Below are positions 39,482 through 52,300 of a stretch of 64,000 bases of DNA, one piece after another. Source of the DNA: Haliotis rufescens (lineage: Eukaryota); contig NW_025964223.1 of NCBI RefSeq assembly GCF_023055435.1, positions 27,900,001-27,964,000 on the forward strand, in the 5' to 3' direction. Both the position numbers and the translations under genes were made by a program. Numbering within the stretch: the stretch's first letter is position 1; each line of letters opens with the position of its first letter. Below the pieces are notes generated by a model. It searched no databases. It worked only from the letters and a program-made list of their open reading frames with translations, and was not told where the DNA came from.

Positions 39482-41820
39482 TCAGAGACTTGCAGAAAGT
39501 CTGAAACGGAGAAATTGAGTTGGATTGGAGCGACACCTATAAATGTAATACAGTAAGTCTTTAAGGGACTGAGGCCTTGGTACTGGGGTGTTGGAATTAC
39601 CATACCTCCATGATCTCTATGGTTGAGATAACGGGCGATAGTTTAAACATACCTTTTTCATGCTTTTCATGAAATCATAATATGTTTAAACTAGAAAATA
39701 ATAACGGGACAGCATACATTGGAGTGACGTCACACATGTTTGCACACATCAGATCGATCAATTCTTTCTGTTTTGGAGAACGTATTTGCAACTCCCAGCA
39801 GCAATTACGTATTGCCACACTTTGTGCTTATTTATTTACAGATGTCGCAATATTCAAAATATCCATAACATTCTTGATATGGCGTTGAAAGAAGTCATCA
39901 AACGTTACGTCATTGTTACTTACGGTCTCTCGCAGAGATACTGGAAATGAGACGTGCATATATCATCAGCCCATTTGAAGTCATATTTGCCATACATCAT
40001 CACACAATCTTGCTGGGTTGAGCTGCTGCCCTGGTTGGGTTCCTTTCCACCCCAGTCAAATATAGTCACGTTCTGCCGACTGTTCTCCCAGACCCAAACA
40101 TTCTCGTGTCGAACGTCCGACGCTCCGATCCATATTTTATCATCCACTGAAACACAAATATGATGCGATTATATTCCGATGCAATTTCTTTCTACATAAA
40201 GGGACACAGGTGTCCCTGTCGTCAAAGGCGCCGCACCTCGCCACGCAGAGTTACGTCCCTTGGACACGCCAGAAACCTTTGATCGTGGGTTCGAGTCCCG
40301 GTTCGCCCCGATTATGTTTCGAGATTTGTCATCACCGTACCCGTGTTCATGGGTTTCACCAAAGTGGCTTTTCTCCCACACGCCGTGAAATAACTGGAAT
40401 ACTGTCCAAACACCAACTCTTCAGGCTTAACCTGCATTAATGTAGATAAATATAATCAAAATCACTTGGATGTTTTGGTCTACGTCACCACGACTTTGTT
40501 TTGACTTCTTGATGCCAAAAGATACATGAGGCAGACCCACATTTATTTTCGTATAAGATATGTACATGTTACTTTCAGGGGTACATAGACGTCATTTGTG
40601 CATATATTCCAGCAACTGACCTTTGCCATTGAGTTCTCTCATCAGTGCATGGGCGTTTTGTATCTTGCTTGCAGTCTCGAACTGCGCGAGGTAGCCACTC
40701 TTCTTCTCACAGTCAAACTATGTAAGAAACGATCAAAACCTAATATACATATGTAACATTGTACTTTGTTCCACGCGTCGACATATATACACATTCTACA
40801 CTTCTACCCACACACCTCTCGACATCAATCGCCTCGGCCAGTTGTACAAGTGTGACCACAATGTTGGGAACTACGTACGACTAAAGTAGAACAAAAGATT
40901 TATCTTTATTGTTTGAGTCTTGCTGTGTTGTCAGATTAGTCTTTGAATAATGTTAAAGTACTCACAATCCCATTAACTTTTATACAGTTCCAATATACAT
41001 ACATAACATACTATTTTACTGAATTGTTTGATAGACATTACTTAGAAGTTGACGGATGACAAAGCAGACACAATACTGTAAAGGCAACGTTTCGGTATAG
41101 CTCCTTATACCGTTGTCAAGCTTGATCTTATACCGAAACGTCGCATTTACAGTATTAAAGAAGTTGTTATCCATACGTTGTGTCTACTTTACTATTTTAT
41201 TACTCTGTTCATAATTTATGCATGTTCGTTATATAAAATAAGATTTGCTGGCTCTGTTTAGATGACATATGACACTGAGGTCATTCTTTAGAAACATATA
41301 CCACTCACAAATATTCTGTATATTTATATGTTTTATTCTTTATATACGCGCTCAGAATACCTACAATTCGGGTTTCTAATCAAACAGACACGCTAACATC
41401 GGCTTCCCGTTATCGCGGCCCTTGGTAGTGTCATTGTCACACAAACATTTGATATATTTTCTCACCCCTGAAGGTTACGTAACCTCATTCAACTCTCCCA
41501 CCCTCCTACTCCGTCTCATCCATGTATCACGGACATACCACTGCCAGCGGCCATTCGGTTCCGTTTCGGTACACTCTGTAGCATGAGTTGTCAAACCGTG
41601 TCCAGCCATTCAGACAGTCGGCCGCTACTGAAATACGCGAGGAAACACATTTCACCACAGTTTTTTACGTGTAACGGCTGTCAAGTTAAATTATTAGTTT
41701 GAGTTTGATAGCGTGTGGAGAAACTTTGGATCCCTTTCAACATTTAAAATATGTGTTGAGAATTTATTTACCTGATGGAAAGACCAAACAAACTGCTAAG
41801 ACTGCTGTTATAGGTGACAT
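39482..41820 (-). CDS. Secreted C-type lectin 5 (~158 aa); exons 41820-41772, 41627-41539, 40717-40621, 40146-39924, 39500-39482
   Basis: MSPITAVLAVCLVFPS-VAADCLNGWTRFDNSCY...FDCEKKSGYLAQFET...IWIGASD...EPNQ...QDC...WADDIC...YLCERPLSASL*. AATAAA on the minus strand at ~39449-39454. Confidence 0.9.
40201..40420 (+). mobile_element. tRNA-derived SINE (family D), internally deleted, in intron 3 of lectin 5
   Basis: B-box GGGTTCGAGTCCC; reverse complement of the 49513-49802 element. Confidence 0.75.
41081..41123 (-). ncRNA. Minimal type-I hammerhead ribozyme-like motif (U3-A8 core variant) in intron 2 of lectin 5
   Basis: The minus strand reads AAGC-TTGACAA-C-GGTATA-AGGAGC-TATACC-GAAAC-GTT-GCCTT: core, 6-bp stem II, GAAA and a GUH site. 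Confidence 0.55.
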
Positions 41821-42291
41821 CTTGGTTGGCAGAGAGAACGAGTGACCAAGATCAGATATACCTTGTCTTACTGATAAGCGTCTGGAACATTCGGTATGGT
41901 GCCCTCAAAACTCGTCATGTACCTAGAAAGGGAGTTTTATCGTAGGAAATTGCATGATATATATACATTTCAAACAAACACCGACAAACGAAAACACCAC
42001 ACTAACATGTGAAATTAAATCTATTTTAATCTATTTTTATTTTGTCAATGTTCCTTTAAAATTTATAACCCAGGATTTGCCCTGATTATGATCCTTGGAT
42101 TGTCAGAATCAATTCGGAACTTCAGGGATTTCGCCAAAGTGGTAAATGTCTAAGATCTTGATTAATTAGGGATGTCCTCACATACTGTTCAACGCGGCGT
42201 TAAACTATACCCACTCACTCACCAACTCACTCAAAAGCTACACAGCACGATTGATTACACTAAACACAAAACATTGATTCCAGCCTAACTG

Positions 42292-42878
42292 ACCATTCAA
42301 CCTTTGAATCATCAGGCCAGTGCGCACACGTTGAATGCCCATTCAACCTTGAATCATCACGACAGTGCGCACACGTTGAATGCCCATTCAACCTTAAATG
42401 ATCACGCCAGTGCGCACACGTTGAATGCCCATTCAACCTTGAATCATCAGGCCAGTGCGCACACGTTGAATGCCCATTCAACCTTGAATCATCAGGCCAG
42501 TGCGCACACGTTGAATGCCCATTCAACCTTGAATCATCAGGCCAGTGCGCACACGTTGAATGCCCATTAAACCTTGAATCATCAGGCCAGTGCGCACACG
42601 TTGAATGCCCATTCAACCTTGAATCATCACGCCAGTGCGCACACGTTGAATGCCCATTCAACCTTGAATCATCAGGCCAGTGCGCACACGTTGAATGCCC
42701 ATTCAACCTTGAATCATCAGGCCAGTGCGCACACGTTGAATGCCCATTCAACCTTGAATCATCAGGCCAGTGCGCACACGTTGAATGCCCATTAAACCTT
42801 GAATCATCACGCCAGTGCGCACACGTTGAATGCCCATTCAACCTTGAATCATCACGACAGTGCGCACACGTTGAATGA
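42292..42878. repeat. 45-bp minisatellite, ~13 copies, upstream of lectin 5
   Basis: Unit CCATTCAACCTTGAATCATCAGGCCAGTGCGCACACGTTGAATGC. Confidence 0.97.
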
Positions 42879-44414
42879 CCTCCACCGTGCGGGTAAATCA
42901 GCAATATCGTGGGATCCTCCGTGAGATAGCATGCCCCTACTGTTCACATTACTTAATATCAGTTGTTGTCTTCTTGGACGCAATACCCCATCTACGGGAA
43001 TGAATTAGTAGCAATTAACACCCATCCTACTACGTAATGCATAATTGAAGGGGTGGTTCATTCAAAATAGAATAATACGAGTTATTTCCCTTAGATCAGA
43101 AAAATTATAAATACTTGAAATCTTTTGACAGCGGTTCCTTGAGCAGTTGGTTATAAGGACACTTCTAGCAATATTCCAGCAATATCACGGCAGGGCCGAC
43201 CGCTGATGGGGAGGGTGCGGGGAACCAGCTTTCAATCACTAGATTTAATGAGTTCAAATACAGTTTGGACTCCCCATACATCCGTGCAGGTAAATAGACC
43301 CACACAACATATGTTAGTCCTGCACCACGACTGTGGAATATATTTATTTTATGAAAATAAAACAATCGAAAAACGTATACAAAAGCAAGGCTAGGGAAAA
43401 TTATTTTTTTAGAGTCGAGAAGGGTATTGTGTAATATAAGATTTCATAGACTAAATGTTAGTCTAAACAGAAGGATGTTTATTTTGCATGAATACTTTCA
43501 ATTACAGTAATAGCTTGAGGACGATAGCAACCCACTAAATATTTCGTCTATACTTTTATAAAATACAAACCCACTTTTATTCTACATATTTTGTAACGGT
43601 TATATACTGCAAATGGGATCAGATATTATTCCCTCAGCGTCCGAGGAATCTTTAAATTGAATCTGAAAAGAACATAATTAGATAGTTGATGTACAGATAT
43701 ACGTTTTGGATGCATAATAGTTGCCACTGAATTATAAAAACAAACAAACTACCGTACCTCTATAACCTTATCACAAACACATCAATAGCTAAACACACGT
43801 CCTGTAAAAGTAATGAAGATTGCCAGTGTACATACATACATGCACATACGTCTGTTTCACAGTCCACGAACCATATTATTGACCCTTACAACCGGGTCTA
43901 ACTGTTATGCTGTAGTCCCAAATGAAGCAAGTCCCGTCTCATTGTGGCCCCTTTTCACTTTCAATGTAATTGCTGGTTTCTATCAAAATGTTATATAGTC
44001 AGAGATCAAGCGTTAGTCTAACGTACTCCCATAAGTTCCCAAGGGAAGCACACGTTGTCAGAGGAAATATAGGGATTCACGCATATGTAAAATACTTCAT
44101 ACGTGACATATTCATTCTTATCTTGAAAGCACTGATAAGGTCGAACATCAATTTTATTCACCATGTGCCCAAAACACATGAAAGTAAACACACACACACA
44201 ACTCCTTTTATCCCCTCCAGGTCAACCCCTACTTTTATACAGAGTATTTTCTGCACAACCTATATTTTAATCAGTTTAGTTCTATATGCATATGCTCAGA
44301 TTATGTTTTTTTTAGCTTTTGTCTTTTGATTTGTCTCTCGCTAAGATTCTGAATCAGTGCCCGTGGTGACGCGGGACAAGAGGACTGCACCCCAGCCCCC
44401 AATACTGACCTACA

Positions 44415-44632
44415 GATGTGTGTGTTTCGATTCTGCACCCCTAACCCTCTGGACTGATGCCGACTTATAGTGCTAGCCCACTGAGACACCATGCCGCAGT
44501 TTAACATGAATCCCCCACTCAGACAACAGCGTACATCAAGTACCATCTTTTCACGTCTTTTGGTATCCCGCGGCCTGGGATCGAACCACGGACCTTCCAC
44601 CCTGTGAGCGGACGCTCTACCACTAGACAACG
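44415..44632 (-). mobile_element. tRNA-derived SINE (family A), partial
   Basis: Same head and body as 25404-25759, with an internal deletion. Confidence 0.8.
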
Positions 44633-45109
44633 GACTTTTGAACTAATGTATTTGAGCACATACCATCAAGACAGAATATCTGTGTGAGGAGAACGCCGGT
44701 TTCCCTGAATGTCGCTTGCTATTTTAGAACACTTGATACCAGACCTAAGGGTGCGCTATCATACAGATATGGGAACAGAAAAATATCTACAAAGTGTACA
44801 GAGCAGGTGCGCCGGATGCTAGAGCATTCCTTCTGCCAGGTGGCCCGACACCTGATGATAGCAGCAGGCCAAAGTCCCCTCCCAGCGTACAGCGGTGCAC
44901 GTACTGGGGGGCACGGCGACCACATGACCCACTCGACATGTTCATAAAGACTATCTATCTACATCTTTGTCCACACGAAAGGTGAAGACATTTATTAAAC
45001 TCATCAACGCAGATGACTTTTATAGCTCTTTGGTTATCTAGGACGTTGTTTAGATACACTTTGAAATTATTGCTGTTATGGTGAACGCCATTTGAGCGTC
45101 CCTTGAACT

Positions 45110-45265
45110 AGACTGACTGAGTATGGTTTTACGCCGCTTTCAGCAATATTCCAGCAATATCACGGCAGGGGACACCAGAAATGGTCTTCACACATTGTAC
45201 CCATGTCGGGAATCGGACCCAGGTCTTCGGCATGACGTGCGAACGCTTTAACCACTAGGCTACCT
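45110..45265 (-). mobile_element. Short tRNA-derived SINE (family B)
   Basis: The minus strand reads GGTAGCCTAGTGGTTAAAGCG (A-box)...GGGTCCGATTCCC (B-box)...GCGGCGTAAAACCATACTCAGTCAGTC tail. A fragment lies at 43165-43200. Confidence 0.8.
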
Positions 45266-46229
45266 GAACCTGGAAATAGAAAGTTAACGAGAACGATGGT
45301 AGTCATTAATTAGCGACTTCCTCTCGGTCAATGCACATACTTACAATGCTTGTCGGAATTAATATGGCCAGAGGTCATTAGCTTGTTGTAAGTGTGCACA
45401 AATGTGTTCAATATATTACAATTCCTTAAATTATTTAAATTGGTACACATCACATCGACCTTCAATATTTAGATAATCATTGTTAGGACAAACCTCCACT
45501 CTCCACAGATACACTGCAGGTGTTTAGAAGTTTGTTTTTCTGAGTACTTAGATACGGTATCAACAAAATGTACAATCTTTCTGGCACGTACTAGTGCTGG
45601 TATGTTAACAGTTAGATAGCGGTGATGTCTGGTAAGACAGAAGTGACAGTCAGTTAAACTTCACAGATAATGACAACTGAGCAAATTCTCATTCCCACTC
45701 CTGACCAATCGTCAAACGTGCATCTTGGTCTGGTTATTTGAAAATATCACTTGTTCATTGAAAACATATAGGCTCCTTCTCACATATTTTAATAGTTCCC
45801 CGTGTAGGTACATGGGCAGACTTTGCCCCTAGTTCCCTATGTTTGTCATAAGCGCCAGCTACACGTAAAACTGGGATTGGATGTTGACGTGGCTGTTGAC
45901 GTGGCTGTTGACGTGGCTGTTGACGTGGCTTTCACAGAGAGGATTTTTCCTCATCTGGTCCATTATCGCAAACTGGCTTCTCACTAAAAGGAAAACAAAA
46001 ATTCACTTTTCAAAAGAAAACCTTTCACTCGAGTATACTTTCCAAAACAATAATACCATAAACTCCACAATTTGCGTGCTGGAAAAACTCATATTTGACA
46101 AAAGAATTCAAGGTACTGGCCAAGCTGCCATTTACTCCTCTCTTAAAGTACAATAACTTTGTGGGTAATGTACACAGCAGTGAAATGAAAATGCCACACA
46201 AATAGAAAGTTTTAAAACAAACAGTTGAC

Positions 46230-46630
46230 AAGCGACATACTATGTATAGTAAAGTTTTCTGAATGTCTATCATTAAATCTTGAAAAAAGTAAAATTAATT
46301 TGTCCTTGAAATTTGAATGCAATGTACTTCCTCTCAAGTACCTCAGCAACTGAGAAATGTAGACGCCAGAAGCTGTAGCCGATGGTATTTTGCTCGCACA
46401 ATTTGAAAATCGAACCATCACTCTTGTCATACAGCTTCATACAGAAGGAAGGTTCTATCTTTTTAAGTTTCTATGTAGATGGGACACTAAAAATGGTTTC
46501 TCAGTGTTAACTTTCATGTCCATCTCTGGTGGATAGATGAAGTAAAGATGGGTTTTCATGTTGGCGTTGTTGATATATATGAGGACATCTGTATGTCTGA
46601 TAGGTCGCGATAAAAGTCAAAGCCTGAAGG
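46230..46630 (-). mobile_element. Decayed reverse-transcriptase relic (Penelope-like)
   Basis: RHTDVLIYINN...LYFIYPPEM (YIDD...IYP.EL region) and SKIPSATASGVYISQLLRY (thumb region). Confidence 0.7.
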
Positions 46631-47438
46631 GTTTCATATTCATGACACGACTGCACGTGCAAACTGAAAGTACAGAGACGGGTATTTTATTACATGGGCT
46701 CAGCATATCATGAACCTATGTATGACTCGGCAGACTCTGTATAGTGGGTTGTAATCAATTGTTCACGGCACTTTAGATACATTTAAAATATGTGTTTTCG
46801 AAGACATCTCCCCCCCCCCCCCCCCATATCATATGCTGGCATTGGCAAGTACTACAATTGGTTTACATCAACCCCTATCTTCATATATACACAATGATAA
46901 CAGAATACAATACTTACACATCTACTACATCTTCATCCAACGGAAATATTCCTGAAGTCAAGGTTGGTTTGTATATATGAACTTGTTTATTCTTGTGATG
47001 TCATGGGGATATTTATTACTTAATTACTATCTTGTGTACAGTAGTTTTCGAAAGTACAGGTGTGAGTCATCTTTGTGGAAAATCCTCATTAACGTGTGAG
47101 GTGTATTCAACGCCGTATTCAACGCCGTTCGCATTTCAGTTAAAAATTCTCACCTCGTTCGTTCAATCGCTTGTTTAAATTTAATTTGACGCATAGCAGA
47201 AAAAAATGACAAAAAAGATGACGGTGTGGAAAACTTAAGATGAAAGGGAATCGATGCGCACTGTGGGAACATTGTGATGACGTTGTAAACTGATATGACT
47301 ATTTTAGGCAATATAGTGACGGAGGGGAGACGACCGTGGGTATTATTATGATGATTGACGCCCTCAAACCCGGAGGAAAACAACAGACAGGTTCTAGGGT
47401 CTCTAAAGCATAAACGGTTTGCATAAACGACAGATGTA

Positions 47439-48477
47439 TACTGAACCGTAAAAGAAACATTACCATGGATAGATATATGAGAAACCTTATTTGTCCAAAC
47501 ACTGTAAACATACTTTGAGACATATTAAAAGGATGAAACTTAGCAAAACTGATCATCAAGGTTGAAATTAAAGTGTCAAATATTTTTAAAGTGAAACGCA
47601 ACACTAGTCTCTGAGAAAATGGCGTCACAAGCCAGTATTCCGTGTGTCCGCCATATGCAGTGATGACTGTCGTGCAACGTCGATACATGGAATGGATGAG
47701 GCGGTTGATGATAACGCCCGAGCCACACGCAGTGCATCCGAACAACGTTCCCCATGGCGTCTCTGCAATCTGCTGTTGAGATGCAGTAACGGCTCTCGTC
47801 TGACTGCTGGTGGCGATGGCGTGGTGTCAGTGTGGCCTGTGACAGTGGAGTCGTCTGCTCGTTAATCGTCGACGCACGGTGTCCGCACTGATGTGTCGCG
47901 GGTGTGTCCCCATGGTCTGTCGAGCAGTAACAAAGCGATCTTGAGGATGCTGTTGCCCAATCTGACGATCCTGACGTCGGGTGGTGACCTTTGGTCTTCC
48001 AATACGTGGTATACGCTCCATACGCTCATCAGTAGTGATGGTGGTCTGGTACCTGGTAGCCTATATATGGTCCTTACGTGGACTTAAAATGCATTGGCTA
48101 CTTGCCGGACGGTTTGTCCTGCTTGCAATCGTCCAAGTGCTTGGTGTCGCTGATTTCTTGTCAATCTTGGCACATAAACGAATGAATGTTATCCGATCTG
48201 GGTGGATTTTATTAGGGCAAGAAATGAGGGAACGCATGTGCATTTCAATTTGCACGGAACCCACGTGCATCGGGTTAGCATGCGCATGGCCGTTGCCGTG
48301 TTGCGTTTGGGCAATCGGTTTTATTGTCATCTCCTTTGTTTTTTTTATCATCAAATTTCATTTTTCCGGACAAGGTAATGTTAAATTTTAGAAATTTTGA
48401 CGAACATTACCCAGATATTTAAATGACAACTTTTCATGCAATTTTACTTTGGGTGACGTTTCTTTTGCGGTTCGGTA
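47439..48477 (-). mobile_element. Internally deleted Tc1-family DNA transposon (~1.04 kb)
   Basis: TIRs TACTGAACCGTAAAAGAAACATTACC and GGTGACGTTTCTTTTGCGGTTCGGTA. Transposase fragments GRPKVTTRRQDR...ISADTVRRRL and SMYRRCTTVITAYGGHTEY. Confidence 0.85.
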
Positions 48478-49388
48478 TGTATAACCGATAGATTGGTCTT
48501 ATGCAGAGTTACGGAGTCTTGCGGAACATATGCGTCAAGGTAACTTTCTACACATGCTATGTAAGTATTTTTCAATTTATTTCAATTGAACGTTTATTTG
48601 GAATATTGACAATATGTACGAGTGAGAGTGACTGAGCGAGTGAGAGTGAAGGAAAGAAGGAAGAAGCATGGACGACTCAAATTGGACGCATAGAATAGAG
48701 TCCTCCCCTTATGCCCTTGTAGACGCTACCATATCACCAACAGATACAAGTAACCATTAGCTTAGGGCTGAAAAAGAATGAATTTACATGATTATTCAAT
48801 CAGAAATAAATCTTGTAAAAATCATATGAAACAAACATTTCTGCTCAATTTTAGATGTGCCATGTGTTCGCTCAAACATGATAATTGTTACTCCATTTCT
48901 ATGAATAATACATAGCTAGTCACTTGAATATGTTTTTATCACACCTTCGATAAGCTATCAGGCGTGGGTGAGATGAAGCAGCTGCTGTGATGTATTTCAA
49001 CTGCTGCGTTAGGCCTGCAAGCAAGCAATCTGCATGTGTGTGAAGGTGAGAAACACAATATAATGAAATTCATTAATATCTGATACTAGTCTACTCTTTC
49101 AAGAATAATTATATAGCAATATACATCGGGGAAAAGTGGAGGTTAGCTTATACGAGCATTTAACACGTTTATAAGTCACCGATATCTTACACTATGAACC
49201 GGGCTATACGGTTATAAATAGATAAGTTGGATGTCAACAAACTGACACGTATATTCATGTTCATATCTACTCTTTCTGTTAAAAAATCTATGCTTTTTCA
49301 GCCTTATTATAACTTATATTGACATCAGAGTATGCAATGAATTAATTATACTTTATCTTGTCTACAGGCGCCATTATCAACCCGGGAC

Positions 49389-52300
49389 ATGTCTCCATTA
49401 TTCTTCATTTTGTCATTATTACAATGTAAGTGAGATATTTTCCATTTTGTTATCCATATTGAGCCGACACAACCCATTAAACTGCAACATGAGAACTTGA
49501 TCCATAAAATCTGAGTGAGCGAGTGAGTTGGGTTTTTCACGTCGCTTTTAACAGTATTCCAGTTATATCGTGGCGTGTCAGCTTAATGTGGGAGGAAAGC
49601 CCGAAGTGATGTGATGCAGGTCTCAGACGTTTACCACTTCGGTGAAACCCACGAGCACGGGTATGGTGCTAACAAACCTAGAAAGATAATCGGGGCGAAC
49701 CGGGATTCAAACCCACAATCATAGGTTTCTGACGTGCCCAAGAGACGCAACTCTGCACATCGAATCGCGACGCCTTAGACGACTGGGCCACCCGTGTCCC
49801 CCGTGTTCCCCGTTAGCATCAATATCACGTCATCTGAACCGAATCGAAAAACTACAGTGGATCATAGCATGAACACCGATCCACGCCATCAGGTACAATT
49901 GTACTCCTTGATCTGGACATGTTTTACGCGTTTTGGTTTCAGTAAATACTGTATAAGAACGAGTTATTAGGGGTCTTTTCGCCCACAGAAAGGGCCGGAT
50001 TAAACTATTTTGATGTAATAATTACTCGCTAATATATAAGTATTGGTGCAAAGTGACAAAACGCTTGTCATAATCAGTAGAAAGTTCTGCTACAAGCAGA
50101 GTCCAGTGTACGATTCCCACAATGTCATAAGCATTTGTATGGAACACAGTCAGCAATCACCATCGTCTTTGTCTTACAGGTTTATATCTTCTACACGGAC
50201 TAAACCATACAGCCTGCTACAATTCCGAGTTAATCATTGATTCCCCTCTCTGTGGAAATAGTGGGAATCTTGCACCGAAGAAGTTCCTGCTTGGGCAATT
50301 GTCCCCAAATAGCACATGTCGCACAAGACTCAGCGGACAACGGGACTATCATATTGTCCGTGACTGTTGCAAATTCCACGGCGGGGATACCGTCATCGAG
50401 GAGGTGTGTATTCCAGGACAGAAAATGCGGTTGTCAAGTCCCCTGTCTCACATGGCAAGGTACTGTAGTCGTGGACATCGCTGTGATTCCGGGAAGCGGT
50501 TGACGAGCAAGGAACTACATTCAGGAGACTATGTGTCTCTGGAATATGACTGTGTACATGGCAAGTAGAAATTAAGTAATATTTCTTATGAAACGTACGT
50601 ATCTATGGTTCGCGACAAATTGAAAGAAAATGTACTGTGAAAATTGAACTGTGCGTCGTCGCTCTTTTACATATAAATGTGTTTGTCTTTGTTAGGAACA
50701 TTATTTTTCACTACACATAATAACAAGTGTTATAACATTAACAGATACATTATCTCATCGATAAAAAACACCAGAGCCTGATAATAACCAGTTCCGATTA
50801 TCCGCCGAACCACAATCCATTGGGCGTAAAATAACTGAAAATTATATGAATAGATCACGGAAAATCAGCGATGACACCAAGTGTTAGCGAATAGAGAAAG
50901 CATGCCCTGCCCTTCCGGTAGCACCGCCACTCACAATGAGTTTCATAACAAAGTAAGTGTTTGTTGCGTGACGTCACACAGCAGTACTCCCGTGAACAAA
51001 CAAGACAATCAAGTAATCCATGGACCAGTGGTACGATAGCACATCCACTGATATTGTGAAGCCAAAATCTACGTTAATTTTAAATCTGCTGCACGCAAAC
51101 AGATATTCTGCTGCTTCTTAAGAAAGAAAAACCGTTGAAGAAATATGTTTGGTTTGCATGGGACAGCAGCTCCTGCGCTGAACATCCGTGATTTAAATGG
51201 TTAGCCTGACCACAGCCATGGCATAGAGCAGTCCTGTGCATTTGTGTCACTGTCGGTTGTTTGAAAGTGCAGGTGTGGGCAATTGAACTGTGAGAATATT
51301 TCCTTGGCGCCGGACTACTGCATGTTTCATTAACAACCTTTTCATCACTATTTATTTCATTCTTTCTTCTTTGTCAGTAAAAGAAGAAATCCATTTTAAT
51401 TCCGATGAGGTGCTTAATGGAAGAAAGGTTTACCTGATAAGCGATCAGAAGGATGGAAGTGTCCGAGATGCTAAATGTGCTGCCTACAAAACAAATCCCC
51501 GGTCATCCATCATCGTCACTCTCGTAGACAACATTGTTTCCTCGGGAGCGTGTACAGTCTCCTTCGCTAGTTCAATGTATGGGAGTACAAATATTAATTG
51601 TGCCAAAACAGAGATTGTGAATGGTTGCAATAACGTGCTGTATAGCAGCAACACCAGCAGGGTAGATATTAATCTGACCATGACAGTTATTGCTGACGGC
51701 AGTGATCGCCAGTTTTTGTGGATGGTTGTTACAGGTAGGCATGATTAATTTTATTGTTATGAATTCTCAATATGAAATAGTTTTTATTCACATGTAAACC
51801 AAGTGTTATTGTTTATGTTGATACGGTTTACCGTAAGTTTTACATTTAGGTTTGACTACCAAAACCTGACAAATCTTGTTTTTTTCTGCTCAACTACATT
51901 CATGAAATATAAGTCAGAGGCATGATCCCTCACCTGCGTCTTTTGTAGCTTCTGATGGAGGTAACCTGACAGTGGCTTGTGGGACGAAGATACCACCGGA
52001 TGATTACACAACAGCCTCAGCAACACAGTCCACAAGAAGCCGCCTGACGACTCAAAAGAGTTCACCTAATTACACGACTACGTCTTACTCAAAATCGACA
52101 TCAGATTATCCTGCTACTATCAGGGCAACAAATAGCAGGGGGATTTCAAAATCATCGACTTTGTCCACCTCCGCTATAGCTACTGGGTTAACGATCCCAC
52201 ATTCAATCTCAGGGTCTGGAGGAAGCACGAAAATACATTTGAGCAAAACAAACTCCATGTCTCATTCATCTACTGGCTTACAATTGACCATGTCTTCCTC

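Noticed and set aside
2944-41820. Naming the lectins 'perlucin'
   Set aside because: Same fold family, but perlucin as I recall has QPD/WND motifs; orthology cannot be established here, so no symbol is given.
42292-42878. Heat-shock elements in the 45-bp repeat
   Set aside because: The GAA/TTC spacing is 6 bp, not the nGAAnnTTCn arrangement.
42260-42904. 214-aa His/Cys repeat ORF resembling a metal-binding protein
   Set aside because: Entirely a 45-bp minisatellite with a non-ATG start and no gene structure.
43590-44100. Possible decayed CUB-like exon (GSIIWFV motif near a donor-like site)
   Set aside because: Multiple stops and too little similarity to support by eye.
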